A model generated the notes under the pieces. The model was given only the letters and a program-made list of their open reading frames with translations, ran no database searches and was not told the DNA's origin. The translations under genes and the position numbers were made by a program. From Tubiluchus corallicola (Eukaryota; Animalia; Priapulida), in NCBI GenBank assembly GCA_030141605.1, contig JAQGDQ010000450.1:124001-188000 (forward strand): a stretch of 64,000 nt of DNA. The letters run 5' to 3'. Below are positions 14,401 through 28,014 of the stretch, one piece after another (positions within the stretch are counted from its first letter, which is position 1; each line of letters starts with the position of its first letter).

Positions 14401-17298
14401 TCTAGTAGTACTTTTTGTCTCAAGATACTCATTGGAAGTAAAGCAACTATCAAGTACACAGCAGAATGATTAGGTCGTCTCAGCCTTTACTATCATACGT
14501 TTCGCAAGGAATTATGGTAAATTGGGCTTGTGTTGTATACGGGCTAATGTCCATAAATGAACTCCAGACTTCACTAAAAATGACGAAATTGTATATATTG
14601 TTAATAAAGGAGTCGAAAAGCAGTTTTTTTGTTACTTTTTTATTTTTAGTGAAACCTGAATTTCATTGTCCGACATTGGCCTGTAAACAACATTAACCAC
14701 TTTACCCCTAACACTCATTACTAAATGAAAGAAATTAACTCTTTCTCTTTCTTATAGCTGCAGCACTTTGTTTGACACTTTGCAAATCGACATTTAGCAC
14801 TTAATGACAGAACAAAATACTAATATTGAACTGTCGTGGCAAGACCGGAATCTATCTTGTTATAGAAGATAATTGCTTGAAAAGAAAGACAGAACTGGGA
14901 GACTTTGAGGGAACCATCTTCAGTTAATAAGCCGACCCAGTATTGTTAATTTCGCTGGGCAGCACACATCGCGACCGCTCAGCTACTCCAATTACCAAAT
15001 AGTTTTCGAAACAAAAATTCAGTTTGGCAGAAATCTTTCGATTGTTTCTTCGTTTTAAACTAGTCGCGTCCCACGTTTTTTTGTATTTGTTCATAAACAT
15101 GACAGAGGAATTTATTTGCTACATTGTTTCTTCATAGACTGTACTTTTATCAGGATGGCTAGTAAGCCGGCCAAAAGATGTTTATTTGGTACGTTTTGGC
15201 TGGCTACACAGCCGTATTTTAGCAAGTATAGTCTAGACTGTAAGAATAAATTTCTCTGTCAAGTTCACAATGGCGATGGTTCTTCTGGTTGTGATTAGAA
15301 TCACTAGTCCTTAAGCCAACTTAACAAGAGTTCACTCTATACGCGGTGTAATATATTTCATATTATAAAAACGCCACTTGTGTTCATTTTTATTTATAGT
15401 TGTATTTTGTCGCTGCATTTTAAATGTTATTCTTACAGATTCCTACGATGGCATTACCTTGTCAGGTGGAACTGGAGCTAACCACACACCTGCTGATGGC
15501 ATAGTGGAGATGATTAGGATAGTGAAGCCAGGTAAACAAATGTATAACTACCAGTTTTTGCCAACTTTTGTCTTTTTTGGCATTTACTTGCTTTAAAGGT
15601 GGAAAACTGGTGGCAGCATTTACGTGCATTATTCTCATTGGTGGAAAACTGGTGGTAGCATTTACATGCAGTATTCTCATTGGTGAAAAACAATAAAATA
15701 CAAATGTAATTGTTGATGATAAGAATATTGACAATTAATAAGAAAATTCCACAGTTCAGGAACAAGGAAAAAACACGCCATTTCAAACTCCTATACTTTA
15801 TCATCAAGTGAAAGAAAAAGAATAAAAGATGTAACAGGTCACGTGAAATTACTAATACTACTATAATTATAATGCGAACTCCAACCTACTGTTAAAAAGA
15901 GATCAGATGTAGTTTGAAGTTTTGAACTTCTATTATTATCACATTCAGTACTATACTGACATTCAATACAATGACGGCAAACTATCAAAATTTTTACTTC
16001 ATACGGTAACATTATGTTTCGTACACAAACGTTACCATAAAAGAATAATTGTACTGCAGTAAGCTAGAAAAGCAAAGGCTTGTATAAGCCCACTGTCATG
16101 TGAACCAGATAAAAAAAGAATTGATATGTGAATAGGGAGAAAAGTTAGATCACACAGGTCCGGAAGAAGGACGTGTTAGCGGAAGTACAGTAGTAGGAAA
16201 AAAGATAGTAAGTTGTGCGATGTATGCGTCAGCTATTTACATCAGATGATAGTTCTTGCTTTTAAACCCAAATTTTCTTGGTCTCCAGTGGAGGTATTAA
16301 TATATACTAAAATGCATTTGAGTAAAGGTTTTAGTAAACTCTGAACTACCTGTTTGTACAGTTAAGCCAGGATTTTATACAAATCTATCTCGCCTGAGAA
16401 GTTACTCGTCTTTTATTGTTGACGTAGAAGATGTTGAAATTGTACTGGCTTCTCTAGCTTCCATGCATGAATATCATTTTAACATATTAGCACCCCACCG
16501 TCATTAAGCTTTTACATGTAATGAAAGCAGTGCTGGTGGTAGTCACATGTACCGTGACATTGAGAAAATCCTCATTAGTTTGAAAGTGCCGCCCAATAAA
16601 AATTTTCTAGACGCACTGTTACGTATGAAATTAAAGGACAGGGCGGAGACAGCCTTCTATATATGATAGCAGACATCTATCTTTATAGTAGCTTGTCCGC
16701 CCTCTGTCATTTTAGTTTCATACATAATAGTGTTTCTAGCTGCTTTTATTGGTTGAACTCTTCGTCACCCCGGTGGATTAGATTTCGACAATGTCACCAT
16801 TTTTGTCTGGAACTTGGAAGAAAATATGTCAAATAAGGTCTTAAAATTTTGTGTTTTAACAAACTTTAAAAACTATAAAGGGCTGCACATATATCTGATT
16901 GTCTGAAGTTCGCCCCGCCCCCCAGATTTGCTGTCGGGAATTTTGGTATTTTTTATTCATTTCAAAACTTTTTAATCTAGAAAAGCAGGAGAGCTAGACT
17001 GGTGCGTAAATTTTGGCCCCTAGTTCAAATGCCTAATGTAAGTTCCAGACCAAAAATAAACATGAAATTGCTAGTAACGCATCTTTCTGCTTGTTTGTAT
17101 TGATCAGCTGAGAAGAAACCAAGAACAGTTGATTAAAATATGCGCATAATTATTACAAAGATTTCACATTATGATATTTGCAATGATCACATGAGGTGAG
17201 CTGTATTATTATTAAGCAATAGCTGTATTATTAAGCTACATTAGCATAAAAAAACATGTCGGCCTTCTATATTTATTATCAGCCTAGCTGCGTTTTAG

Positions 17299-17341
<43 letters not shown>

Positions 17342-18283
17342 TACATGATATGATAAACATATTTGCTCGATAACAGTGATATAATACTCGACACTATAAC
17401 ATAATATAAGTGTTTACTACATGATATAACATAGATTAAACCTAATTACTGGGCCTCGGCATATCCTCGACAATGATATTCCTGGAGGTAAGATAGCTCT
17501 TGGAGGGCTACAATGTTAACTCAATCTAATACAGGTTGGGGTAAGTTTTGATACACTTCCGAGGAAACCCTTTACAATAATTAGTTAATTAACTGGGCAA
17601 AAAAGCAGAACGCCGAGTACTACTATCTACAACCTTGTTCATGAAAGTTTGTATGTTCATTAATGAATCGGTTTGCTGGGGCAGATCCAAGCAGCCAGGT
17701 TGAATACTAAAGAAGTATAATCACTGTGATTCCAGATACGCCATACTGGCGCATTTCTCCACATCTGACTCAGATCTGAGATTTGGCTATTTTAGACAAC
17801 TGATGCTTTACTAAGTCTCTCTGGCATTATAGTAATCGTGATACTGTTGTAATGGCCGAGAGGACAGATAGAATCACTTATTTTAAACCGCGACCCTGAA
17901 GTTCAAAGAACAGAGCCTGATAATTCATCTGCAAACCGTGCCCTTTCGTATTTGTACCACCAAAAATTCTTTTTCGCCGGTATGTGTTCAAAAATTGCCT
18001 ATTCGCTCATACATGTATTCAGAGTTAAACAACGCTATAATTTCTTCTTGTTTATTGACTTTTCTTCATTTTGGTTTTACTTAAAGGTGGATACATAGTG
18101 CAAGTTTACTTTGATGACCTTGCTGAAGGAGATATAGAATGGTTGCCCGGATTTCAGGAAAGTTTGGTAAAGAAAGGGGTCATCGATCACGTGAGAAAAG
18201 AACATGTTAAGGAGATATTTCCTAAACATGACGGATTCCTTATGGCATTTAAAGTGAAAGTTTCTGAAGTTAAAGAGTCTTAA
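11479..18283 (+). CDS. METTL27: METTL27/WBSCR27-like class I SAM-dependent methyltransferase, 5 coding exons, about 225 aa
   Basis: Exons 11479-11601, 12790-12915, 13436-13574, 15439-15531, 18087-18283. All introns are GT-AG with compatible phases (0,0,1,1); total 678 nt. The joined protein has ELYQIWAKDYD (family N-terminal Y-x-x-W-A-x-x-Y-D), motif I ILDIAAGTGLV, GFTNIDALDGSQAML and EMIRIVKPGGY. AATAAA near 18598 and 18615. Orthology versus lineage-specific paralogue not established. Confidence 0.88.
16554..16798. mobile_element. Palindromic MITE-like element in the methyltransferase last intron
   Basis: GTGACATTG.GAAAATC ... GATTTCGACAATGTCAC outer arms, TATGAAATTAAA / TTTAGTTTCATA and AGGGCGGA / TCCGCCCT inner arms. 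Confidence 0.55.
17302..17338. repeat. (GA)n microsatellite
   Basis: Read directly. Confidence 0.93.
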
Positions 18284-18919
18284 ATTAATGATTTTCAAGT
18301 TTTTTTAAGTTAAAGATTATTTTTTTTTGAGGTAAAGATTTTCGGTTGTTTAAGTTAAAGATTTAAGTTTTTTAAGTTAAAAATTTCTAAAAGTTAAAGG
18401 TTTCTAAGTTAGGTATATTTTAGGAGAGTGTTTTTGTTGTGATTTCTGTAATTACACAATAATCTAGTCAAACTGATTTATTCTCAACTTGTAACGCATT
18501 TAGCTACAGAATTATATTTTATAGTGATGACAGAGTAATCAACTAAAGGCAAAGTTGAGGATTTCTACTTAAACGCTCATTGTTAATGGCATTTATGTAA
18601 TAAAGGTTTTGAAAATAAATAAAACTATGTATTTTACTATGAGTTTTACATGTATTACACATACGTACTACGTAGACCCATTTTGTTAAATTAACTGTTG
18701 TTATGGCAAAATGACTTGAATAGGCTTTTCTGATACAAGTTTTATGCTATGTTAGGTTTAATTGCGATTTATTAAACAGTTCGATTTATAAATGAACAGT
18801 TACGTTGCTCAGCTTATAATTTTTAATCTTTTCAACTGATTTTTTATCACTATCAAAAGCATATTTTGCTAATAAATTGTATGGCAAAACACAAATGCTA
18901 GAAATGTATTAGATACTTT

Positions 18920-19400
18920 AGATAAATAGATGGTTTATTGACATATGGCAAACAGGGCCGATATAAACAATAATAAACATTTCATACAATATATTACATG
19001 CATGTTGGGATAAATTTGCCACTGCAGATTGTATTACGCTATTACAGTATTTTGTTGCTGCATCAGACAAAACAGTTTTTCATTTTCACTTAAAGCATTA
19101 AAAGTAGGAACATTCTGAGAAACTGTGTTCAACATAAAGCTACGTGCAACGTGATCTTTTGAGCAGTACAATAAAAATGACTTTTATCTTCTAACAACAT
19201 TGCAAACACTACAAACTTGATTTTCACTTGGAATAGGTAGTCTTACATATCAACCAATTTCAACATTTCAAGGCCTTTCTATCTTTAATATTCCTAATAT
19301 TTTCTAAATAAGTTTCCACTTAAAAAATTTGTTTAAATGATCTATAAAAGGTTAATTAATATTGCTCATAGACTCTCTCCATGATATAAGATAATTTGCT
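18920..19400 (-). mobile_element. Highly decayed LINE 3' fragment
   Basis: Remnants of the C-terminal Cys/His motif (EIG..RLPIPSENQVCSVC..EDKSHF..YC) across frameshifts. Confidence 0.5.
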
Positions 19401-22399
19401 TGCAGTCTCATTGTTGAAAAAATACAGTATTAAAGTAAAGAGTTTATGTTGCAACATGGGCACAAGTGCGATTGAATCCTACCCATATGAATTCGACCAC
19501 TCCGTGACTTATCTGTCAGGTATTTATTATATTTGCTCCGCGCTTTATATAGGAGGAATTTGGCAAAAATCACAAACACAATCGCTAGACAGCAAACGTT
19601 GACCGTAACTCTGACTTTGACCCTGTCAGAAAGGTCACCGAGATGCTGTGACCCTTGTTGCCACTTCATGCAATTAAACATGAGTTTCGCCAAACTGCAC
19701 AACTACTAGCTCTCTACTAGTAGACTATTTTTTGCTTTGAATAGCAGCTACTTATACGTGTCTGGTTGAAAGCGAAAGCTGGTCAATGAAAAACTTTGAG
19801 CAACTGTCGCTCACTGTCACTCAATAAATCCATGAGTGCAAAACCCGAAGCAAAATTAAAAAATCTAGTTTCTGTTGTTAGTAACTATGGTTTACTTGCT
19901 TTATTACTCAACAAACATTAGACGAAAAAAAAGATGCTGTGACAGTTTTTAGAGAGAACATCTAAGGAAGATCAGCCCGGAGCAGCTAATTAGTGATAAG
20001 TTTGACCTCATCAAGAAAATACCGGAACTTGTGACACTTTTCTTGTGAGCCTCCCGCACGATTCTCTCACAGTTTTCATGCTCGTAGTATTTTTCACAAC
20101 ACGCTTTGTACCTTGCGGTTCTTGCTTTTTTACCACTCACAGATGTTGGTATAGTAAGGACCTCTACCGTCTAGTCTGTTTTTTGAACATCTTCCAATAT
20201 CTTGTTGCGTTAACTTGGACACTGCTATATTTCCCGCGCATGCGTTCAATGTTTTAATCAGTGTGATGAGAAGAAAAAACACAACAAAATTGCGCTTGTT
20301 GAAAGAAATTATCTGCAAATTACAAACCAAAATAATATTTCAAAGCCTATAATTAAACCTATTAGTCTATTTGATAGAGGCTTTGTCGCTGCATATGTGC
20401 CCCATACAGCTGCTCATAATTGCAGGTATAGGTGTATCATAATAGAGTGCACATATTAAAGGGAAATTATATCCAATCTTAAACTATAGCTCAAGTCAAT
20501 TTACCCTATAAAATATTGAAAGGGTACATACTATTTTTTCAAGGATTACTTTCATGAAAGAATTATTAGGCCTACCACAGAAACTTGTGCGTTCGCGCAG
20601 CTAGTTCTTCGCTGTTACATGGATTGATCGACACTGAAGCGCCCCCGGCAGTCGAATTTTTTGGTGGTTGTCTGTTCATTTGTGCACCATTTGCATTGTA
20701 CATGCAACAGTTGCTTTTTTCTGAACCTTTTTCTGGACTCTTCTCCGTCAAAATCATAAGTTGGAAAAAAATCATCGACATGACTAAACTTGGGAAGCCA
20801 TAACTCCTTAAAAGTATGAAGCCAAGTCACATGACTAACACTAAAGACTAACCTAATCTTGACCTACTCGACCAGGAAGCCGTTGGGACCTCGATAACCG
20901 ATAACCTGATTTCTGGACGTCACCATAAGCTTACCGTTATGTAGTTTGCCGTTACTCAGGACAGAAGCACCACCTAGCACCGTCACGCCACCTGATGTTA
21001 GTCCAGTCAATTCTCTATCCAGCATAAGGGCCACCTACAAACGGTTGTCGCACAGCGGCCCGTTTTTCCGGACACATATAGGTCCTATAGTTAATATAAC
21101 AGAAAGCCATAAAATTCACATACTTAAAGTATCGGAAAAACGGCCACATTGGAGAAACCTTTACTCCAACAAGAAGGGACACCTACCCTAACAAAAGAAT
21201 TGGGTAAAGCACTGTTCATTGGCTAACTAACCTCCGCCTCATTTTGCCGAGCGTTGAACCGTTGAAGTTTTACAAGGCGTCAAACATGCCATTGTTGTTA
21301 CAATTATGCTTAATATATTAAACCTGCTTGCCCATATTTAAACATAAGTTCAACGTGCTCTTGCAAAATTCGTAGCAACCAATATTCGTGTAGTTGCTAA
21401 GTGTTTTGTAGAAACCCGACAAAAAACAATTACTAACTTTAACAGCATTTTTCTCAAGTTACGTTTTGCAGTTTTTGACATCATAAATTAAGTATTGGAT
21501 CGAGAAATTATTATTATTATTATTATTTCGATTTCAAATAACATTGAGACTTGTCAGTTTGAAATGATGTTAAAAATATTTGTACCTTGACTTCATTGCT
21601 TAACTTAAGTATGGCAAACACGCTTCCCTATTCATCACGACCTAACGTTTTATACAAAATTTCTGTTAGTCATGAGTATTATATTGTAACTTAGGCCTAT
21701 CTTTAGATTTTAAGCTTTGTGCACTTCTTCAAGTTCAAATTATGAAAGCTACAGTTCTTAGCAAACAGGAAAGAAGTCAGACATAAAAGCCACGTAGTGG
21801 GTCACGAATACCTGTAAGCCAAAATTCTTTAGCAATCATCAAAAACATGGGATTGAGCAAACTGCTTCACAGTTGGTCTACAAGTTATAAAAACTCAATG
21901 ACGTAGAAATAATAAATTAATTTACATCATGTTTATTTATATAAGGCTAACATATTAACTGCTAGTTTTATATGTTATCAGAGTAAATAACAACCAAGCA
22001 CCTGCTGACGTGTTTGCGAAATAGTGGTTTTTATTGCAGTCACAAAACTTGATAAAATTTCACAGAAAACAAACTTGTGCTTGTAAATTCAAGAGGTGAT
22101 TCAACCTTTTTCGCGATCACTAAGTCGTACGAAGTTTGCAAATATAAAGTAAACATGTGTCTGTGTATATAATCTGCACTTGCATGTTTCGTGTAACTAG
22201 GTATATATGAAAAATTTTCAAACCTTAAGATCAAAAACGTACTTGGGTGCCGGTAGCTCCTTCTCTGATAAGGTATAATCACTATTATAATTATTAAAAT
22301 AAAAGGCACAAAACTTCTGAGAAAATGCCAAAAATGTTGAGTCTGTATGTAAATGCTGTAAAATGCACACAAGTAAATACAGTTAAATTAAGCAGAGTA

Positions 22400-23380
22400 A
22401 ATTTTACCACCCCAAGAAGTTACATTATGTGAGGTGCGTCATAAGTTATTCTTGGTAAGTTTTCTTGGTATCTGTGTAGATAACAAACTTTCTTGGGATA
22501 ACTATTTTAATAAAATTTACGATAAAATGGCATGCGGAATGGCGTCCCACTTACGGCAGGTAAAAGGTCAACTAACTAAACAGACAAAGTTATCAATTTT
22601 TAAAACTCTCATTCTACCGCACTTTTTATACGGATGCACACTTTTTCATGAAGTTTCAAGAGACAGCTATAACAAACTAAATAGTCTTCAAAATTATGCA
22701 TTAAGATTAGCTATTCAAATAAAACGTCTCTCATAACAAATCAAACCTCTGCAACAGAATTACGAACAATGTTTAAAATTCCAATTTTACAAGCACATAA
22801 AGACTTCTACACAATCCTGTTTTTATATAAATACATCAACAATATTAACACGCCTTTCATCAAAAATAAGCTTCCACTCCTCTTGGAGCCAACATTAAAT
22901 CCAAGAACACACAATATTAAACAAGTACTCACTAATAACAAATACGGCAACAATTCTATCAATAAACAAGGAGTTCAACTTTGGAATACCCTGCCATCTA
23001 ATTTAAAACAAATCAAGTCCTTTGACGAATTGAAATCAAAATTAAAAATGCATACATTAAATCGTTTTGAAAACCCTACATACTTAAACGATAATATATA
23101 TTCATCCGCAAATTTTATTTATCCACGTCCATTTTAGATTGTATGTATATATAGTATATAGTCTATTATAATTTTTGTGCAACATTATAATGTATATTTC
23201 GTTTTAAATTTTTGGCACAGTAGTTTTTAGTTTGCACTGGACGCATTTGCCTTTAACAGTTGTGTGAATTTTATTCTCATGCTGCGATGTTCTTTTATGC
23301 TCTTATAGTTATGAATATCGATTTTTTATGGCAAATAAAGATTATATTTATATTATAGATTATAGATTATATATATATAT
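22400..23380 (+). mobile_element. 5'-truncated LINE (CR1/L2-like) 3' end
   Basis: Post-RT motifs FLGICVDNKLSW, IFKTLILPHFLYG, LNSLQNYALR, GVQLWNTLPSNLK split by a frameshift; then a 3' UTR, AATAAA and a short simple-repeat tail (TTATAGA). Confidence 0.85.
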
Positions 23381-23729
23381 ATTGTATATTGTATATACGC
23401 TAATTTTTATAGGCAAGAAAATGTATATTTTGGACAGTAAATTAAAGTGAGATTGAGATTAAAAAATCTGCTCTGTGCTTGTGCTTTTTTATGCAGTAAG
23501 AGACAAAGTCACTATCCCCTTCTTCTGACCAAATATGACTTTACAGTTTCACAAGAAAGAACATTATTTTGTAAATAATTGCAAAGAATGCAAAGAGTTA
23601 CAAATATCTGATTATATTCAATATCAGTTTATTGTACCGAATAATTACAAATTAAGTAGCAATATAATAACTAAAACACACCCACATAAGCTTTTTGTAT
23701 CCTACAATCATCTATATGTCAAAAGAGAA

Positions 23730-24213
23730 AATGACAGTACCTACAACACATGTAGGGAGATATGTTCATTTTATTTCAAGCATTTCAATGTAGTAGTCAT
23801 AGAAAGTTAGCAAATGTAAACGTTGTAAATGTAAATCCTGTGACTAAGATATTGAGAAACTATCAAACATGAAGATGAAATAAAACATGACGATGCAAGC
23901 AACTGTTAGGTGTCTCCTTCTCAGCTTACGAGAAGCTACAGCTATGCTGACGAGCCCAGCTGTAATAAAAAATGGGCTGCACCAAATTCCAGTTACAAAG
24001 GTAAATTTTGGTGCTTTCCAAAAGATCCGACAGACAAATACAAACAGCTCCTGTAGTATTGCAAGACATCCGGCAATCACCTGAAAATAAATAATTAACT
24101 AAGTAAGTGAGTGAGTGAATGAGTGAGTGAGTGAGTGAGTGAGTGAGTGAGTGAGTGAGTGAGTGAGTGAGTGAGTGAGTGAGTGAGTGAGTGAGTGAGT
24201 GAGTGACTGCGTG

Positions 24214-24246
<33 letters not shown>

Positions 24247-24296
24247 TGTATGTATGTATGTATGTATGTATGTATGTATGTATGTATGTATGTATG

Positions 24297-24327
<31 letters not shown>

Positions 24328-26072
24328 GTTAATAAGTAAGTAAGTAAGTTAGCAAATAAATTTGTGAGTGAGTGAGTGAGTGAGTCAGTCAGTCAGTGAG
24401 TCAGTGAATGAGTGGAATAATAATTTTGTTTAGACATATAACACACAACAATAATACAAGAACTACGGAAAATGTGATTAACAAACCTAGTTATTAATAA
24501 AAGATATCCACAATTATTAAACACATAAACGAGTTACAGAATGGCTGGGGACGTGAGAATAATTGTGGTGGGATAATTGATAATTTCATAAGAATTATAT
24601 ACACAATATATACACAAGTGTAAAGTGTTAGAAATTAAACCTTGGTAAGACTATTTGGATCTTTATTATTCCGGGCCTACATAATAACATTATTATAAAG
24701 ATGACAGTAGTATTAGTACTTTTATATAGCCAAAACTGAGTTTTTTAAATTGTGTGATAATGTTTTAAACCTATTTTCAAAGTGTTGTTCTGCTTATAGC
24801 TAAATGCACTCAAATAAGTTTATATGAGTTAAGTTCATTTATTTTTGTATAGTATAAAAGCCATATAAATATGTACTTCAACTATGTACTAAATTCTAAA
24901 ATGACGATTTAATACAGCCAAATAAAAGCAGATTTGACAAACAATTTAGTAAAATTAAAATTTAAATATAGAAAAAACGTATTCTATTATAAAATAATTT
25001 TTCAAGTGGTTAGGAAGAAACAGTCCACTCAACACCAAATTGCATTTTGAAATACAAAAATCACAGCAAAACCACCTATTTCAGTCTGAGTAATAAAAAT
25101 AAAATTCAATTAGCTTATAAACATTATATTCAGTTGTATGCTTGCATAGATAAATAGATGTTTAAACTTTGAAACCTTTCGCAAGATCTGATTTCATATG
25201 GAAAAGTTTCCAAAGACTGGGGCATCTAGTCCTAAAAGAATGGTTTTGAACCACGTTAAGTTTACACACAGATTGGTACAATAAATTTGTTGTGCGCACG
25301 CGCTGTTGCTGTAGGTCAAAGGTTAAGTGTACCGCAGCAATGCGTCTTAACTACAACCGTCACGTGACATGTTGGAAAAGCAAAGCCGTCTGCACCGCCT
25401 CAGTTCAGTAGCTTCAGTTGTTTTACGTGGAATTTACTTAATAATGCATTAGTCTGTGCGTAGAGTGATTTACTAGGAGGATCTTGCTTAGAAACAAAAG
25501 GATTAACTAAGCAATGCTCTAGCCTACTGTTAAAACTGTTAGCAATACAGTAACTTGGGCTGCGAGGCGTTATCAAGTGCACACAAATACATTGTCAACT
25601 TAACCTTTGACCTTTTAGGATCATCATCAATCGTTGAAACTGTGAAAAGGCTTATTATAAAGGTCATTTGTTAGATCTTAGCCTACAGGATTAATGACGT
25701 AAAGAAAGAAGCTCACAAATGTACTGAGGAGCATCATTATGTAATTTTCTGAATACAAGAGTTAAAATTTTAAAAATAATACGGTATTTAAAAAGGCAAC
25801 CAGTACAGATGATACAAGACAGGCGTGATCAAATAGGATGACATTCAAGATGTGCAGCACTATTTTGTACTTGTTGCAAAATAGCACGGCATCAAGATCT
25901 TGCTTTTCTTTTCTACAACAATCAACAATATATTTACCTGAAAAACTCCTAAACCCCACAGCATCTTTGGGTAACTGGTGATCAGTCTTGCCTTGGGCGG
26001 TGTCCAGGCAGCATCCGCATCACTAACAAGCGAAAGTTTGTCATTTGATATTGTCTTCATGTCTTCTGTCAT
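23730..26072 (-). pseudogene. MS4A/CD20-like paralogue, frameshifted after TM3 (pseudogene or sequence error)
   Basis: Exon 1 26072-25938 (MTEDMK...LWGLGVFQ, then GTAAAT); exon 2 starts at 24080 after TTTTCAG (VIAGCLAIL...TGIWCSPFFITAG). Same intron position as the 33-35 kb gene. Reading frame stops at 23844; weak similarity continues in other frames (CLIVSQYLSHR; LPTCVVGTVIFSF). Confidence 0.68.
24105..24325. repeat. Compound microsatellite (GAGT)n-(TATG)n
   Basis: Read directly; lies just inside the intron of the MS4A-like paralogue. Confidence 0.95.
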
Positions 26073-26363
26073 TTTCTCTGTCAGGTGTAAAAATAAACCA
26101 ATCACAATATTTATTCAACTAACAAGAACGGTTTTACCAAAGCAGCCAAATAGCCATAAGTCACTATTACAGATAAATTTTTGTAGTAGTTTTACTATTT
26201 TTAGATAATCACGTTTTCTAGATATTTCAGCAGTAATATAATTGAGTAAGTAAAGCAGCTGCTCAGTCAGTCAATGAATACAAAGTTGTAAGAGACAACA
26301 GCAATGCCCAATTCGACGCAGGACTATTTAATATTGTTTGATCGTAATGGGGCGCGAACACGT

Positions 26364-27477
26364 CTCACTACCAAGGATAATCTCCTCAGCTCACTACCAA
26401 GGATAATCTCCTAGGCTCACTACCAAGGACAATCTCCTCAGCTCACTACCAAGGATAATTTCCTATTCTCTTTACAAGGACAATCTGCTCAGCTCACTAC
26501 CAAGGATAATCTCCTAGGCTCACTGCCAAGGATAGTCTCCTCAGCTCACTACCAAGGATAATCTTCTAGGCTCACTACCAAGGACAATCTCCTCAGCTCA
26601 CTACCAAGGACAAGCTTCTCAGCTCACTACCAAGGATAATCTCCTCAGCTCAGTTCCAAGGATAATCTCCTCAGCTCAGTTCCAAGGACAAGCTTCTCAG
26701 CTCACTACCAAGGATAATCTCCTCAGCTCACTGCCAAGGATAATCTCCTATTCTCTTTACAAGGACAATCTGCTCAGCTCACTACCAAGGATAATCTCCT
26801 CAGCTCACTACCAAGCATAATGTCCTCAGCTCAGTACCAAGGACAAGCTCCTCAGCTTACTAACAAGCATAATCTCCTCAGCTCAGTACCAAGGACAAGC
26901 TCCTCAGCTCACTAACAAGGATAATCTCCTCAGCTCAGTTCCAAGGACAAGCGTCTCAGCTCACTACCAGGGATAATCTCCTCAGCTCACTGCCAAGGAT
27001 AATCTCCTATTCTCTTTACAAGGACAATCTGCTCAGCTCACTACCAAGGATAATCTCCTCAGCTCACTACCAAGCATAATGTCCTCAGCTCAGTACCAAG
27101 GACAAGCTCCTCAGCTTACTAACAAGCATAATCTCCTCAGCTCAGTACCAAGGACAAGCTCCTCAGCTCACTAACAAGGATAATCTCCTCAGCTCAGTTC
27201 CAAGGACAAGCGTCTCAGCTCACTACCAGGGATAATCTCCTCAGCTCACTGCCAAGGATAATCTCCTATTCTCTTTACAAGGACAATCTGCTCAGCTCAC
27301 TACCAAGGATAATCTCCTCAGCTCACTACCAAGCATAATGTCCTCAGCTCAGTACCAAGGACAAGCTCCTCAGCTTACTAACAAGCATAATCTCCTCAGC
27401 TCAGTACCAAGGACAAGCTCCTCAGCTCACTAACAAGGATAATCTCCTCAGCTCACTACCAAAGATAATCTTCTCAG
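26364..27477. repeat. Minisatellite, about 43 copies of a 26-bp unit CTCACTACCAAGGATAATCTCCTCAG, with a 259-bp higher-order repeat
   Basis: Read directly. The variant monomer containing AAGGACAATCTGCTC recurs at 26476, 26761, 27020 and 27279. Confidence 0.95.
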
Positions 27478-27525
27478 ATGGAACACTGTGATCTGATCAA
27501 GCATGCAACAGCACTAGTCTGTATA

Positions 27526-27952
27526 CAGGGCTGTAAAGAAACTCGGCTCGTGGAACGGAAAAACTGGAGCCATTTCATTGTAACAAGTTCCTAGGAATTG
27601 GAACTAGTTCCTTTTGTCGCAAAGCAACTTAGAACTAAAAAAAATGTTCCTTTCCAAGTTCCGCCGAGTAGAGCCACTTTTGTTAATTTTTGCATTTTTC
27701 ATGTTCATCTTTGCCTTCTTTGCTAGGGCGAATGCACAGAAGGACAGAAGATAATGCAACGGGAATTGAACTAAGTAGCTTTTCGTGCAAAAGAATTGGG
27801 AACAGGAACTAATTGCTTTTGTAAAAAGTTAGCAGAACTTGAGACTTAAACTAGTTCCTTTTATCACGCACGAACTGGAATTAGTTCTTTTTCTTGCCGG
27901 ACAACCGCGAACTGGAACTTGTTCCTAAAACAGTGATACTTTTACAACCCTG
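27526..27952. mobile_element. hAT-like MITE
   Basis: TIRs CAGGGCTGTAAAG ... CTTTTACAACCCTG; repeated internal GGAACTAGTTCC palindromic motif. Target-site duplication is not clean. Confidence 0.7.
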
Positions 27953-28014
27953 TCAGTTACATTCTTCATCAACGAAGTATATAGCTGAACAGGTACGTGA
28001 TACACAAAAAAGCA

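Noticed and set aside
26364-27477. CRISPR-like array
   Set aside because: Units are contiguous with no unique spacers, there are no cas genes, and the context is eukaryotic; it is a minisatellite.
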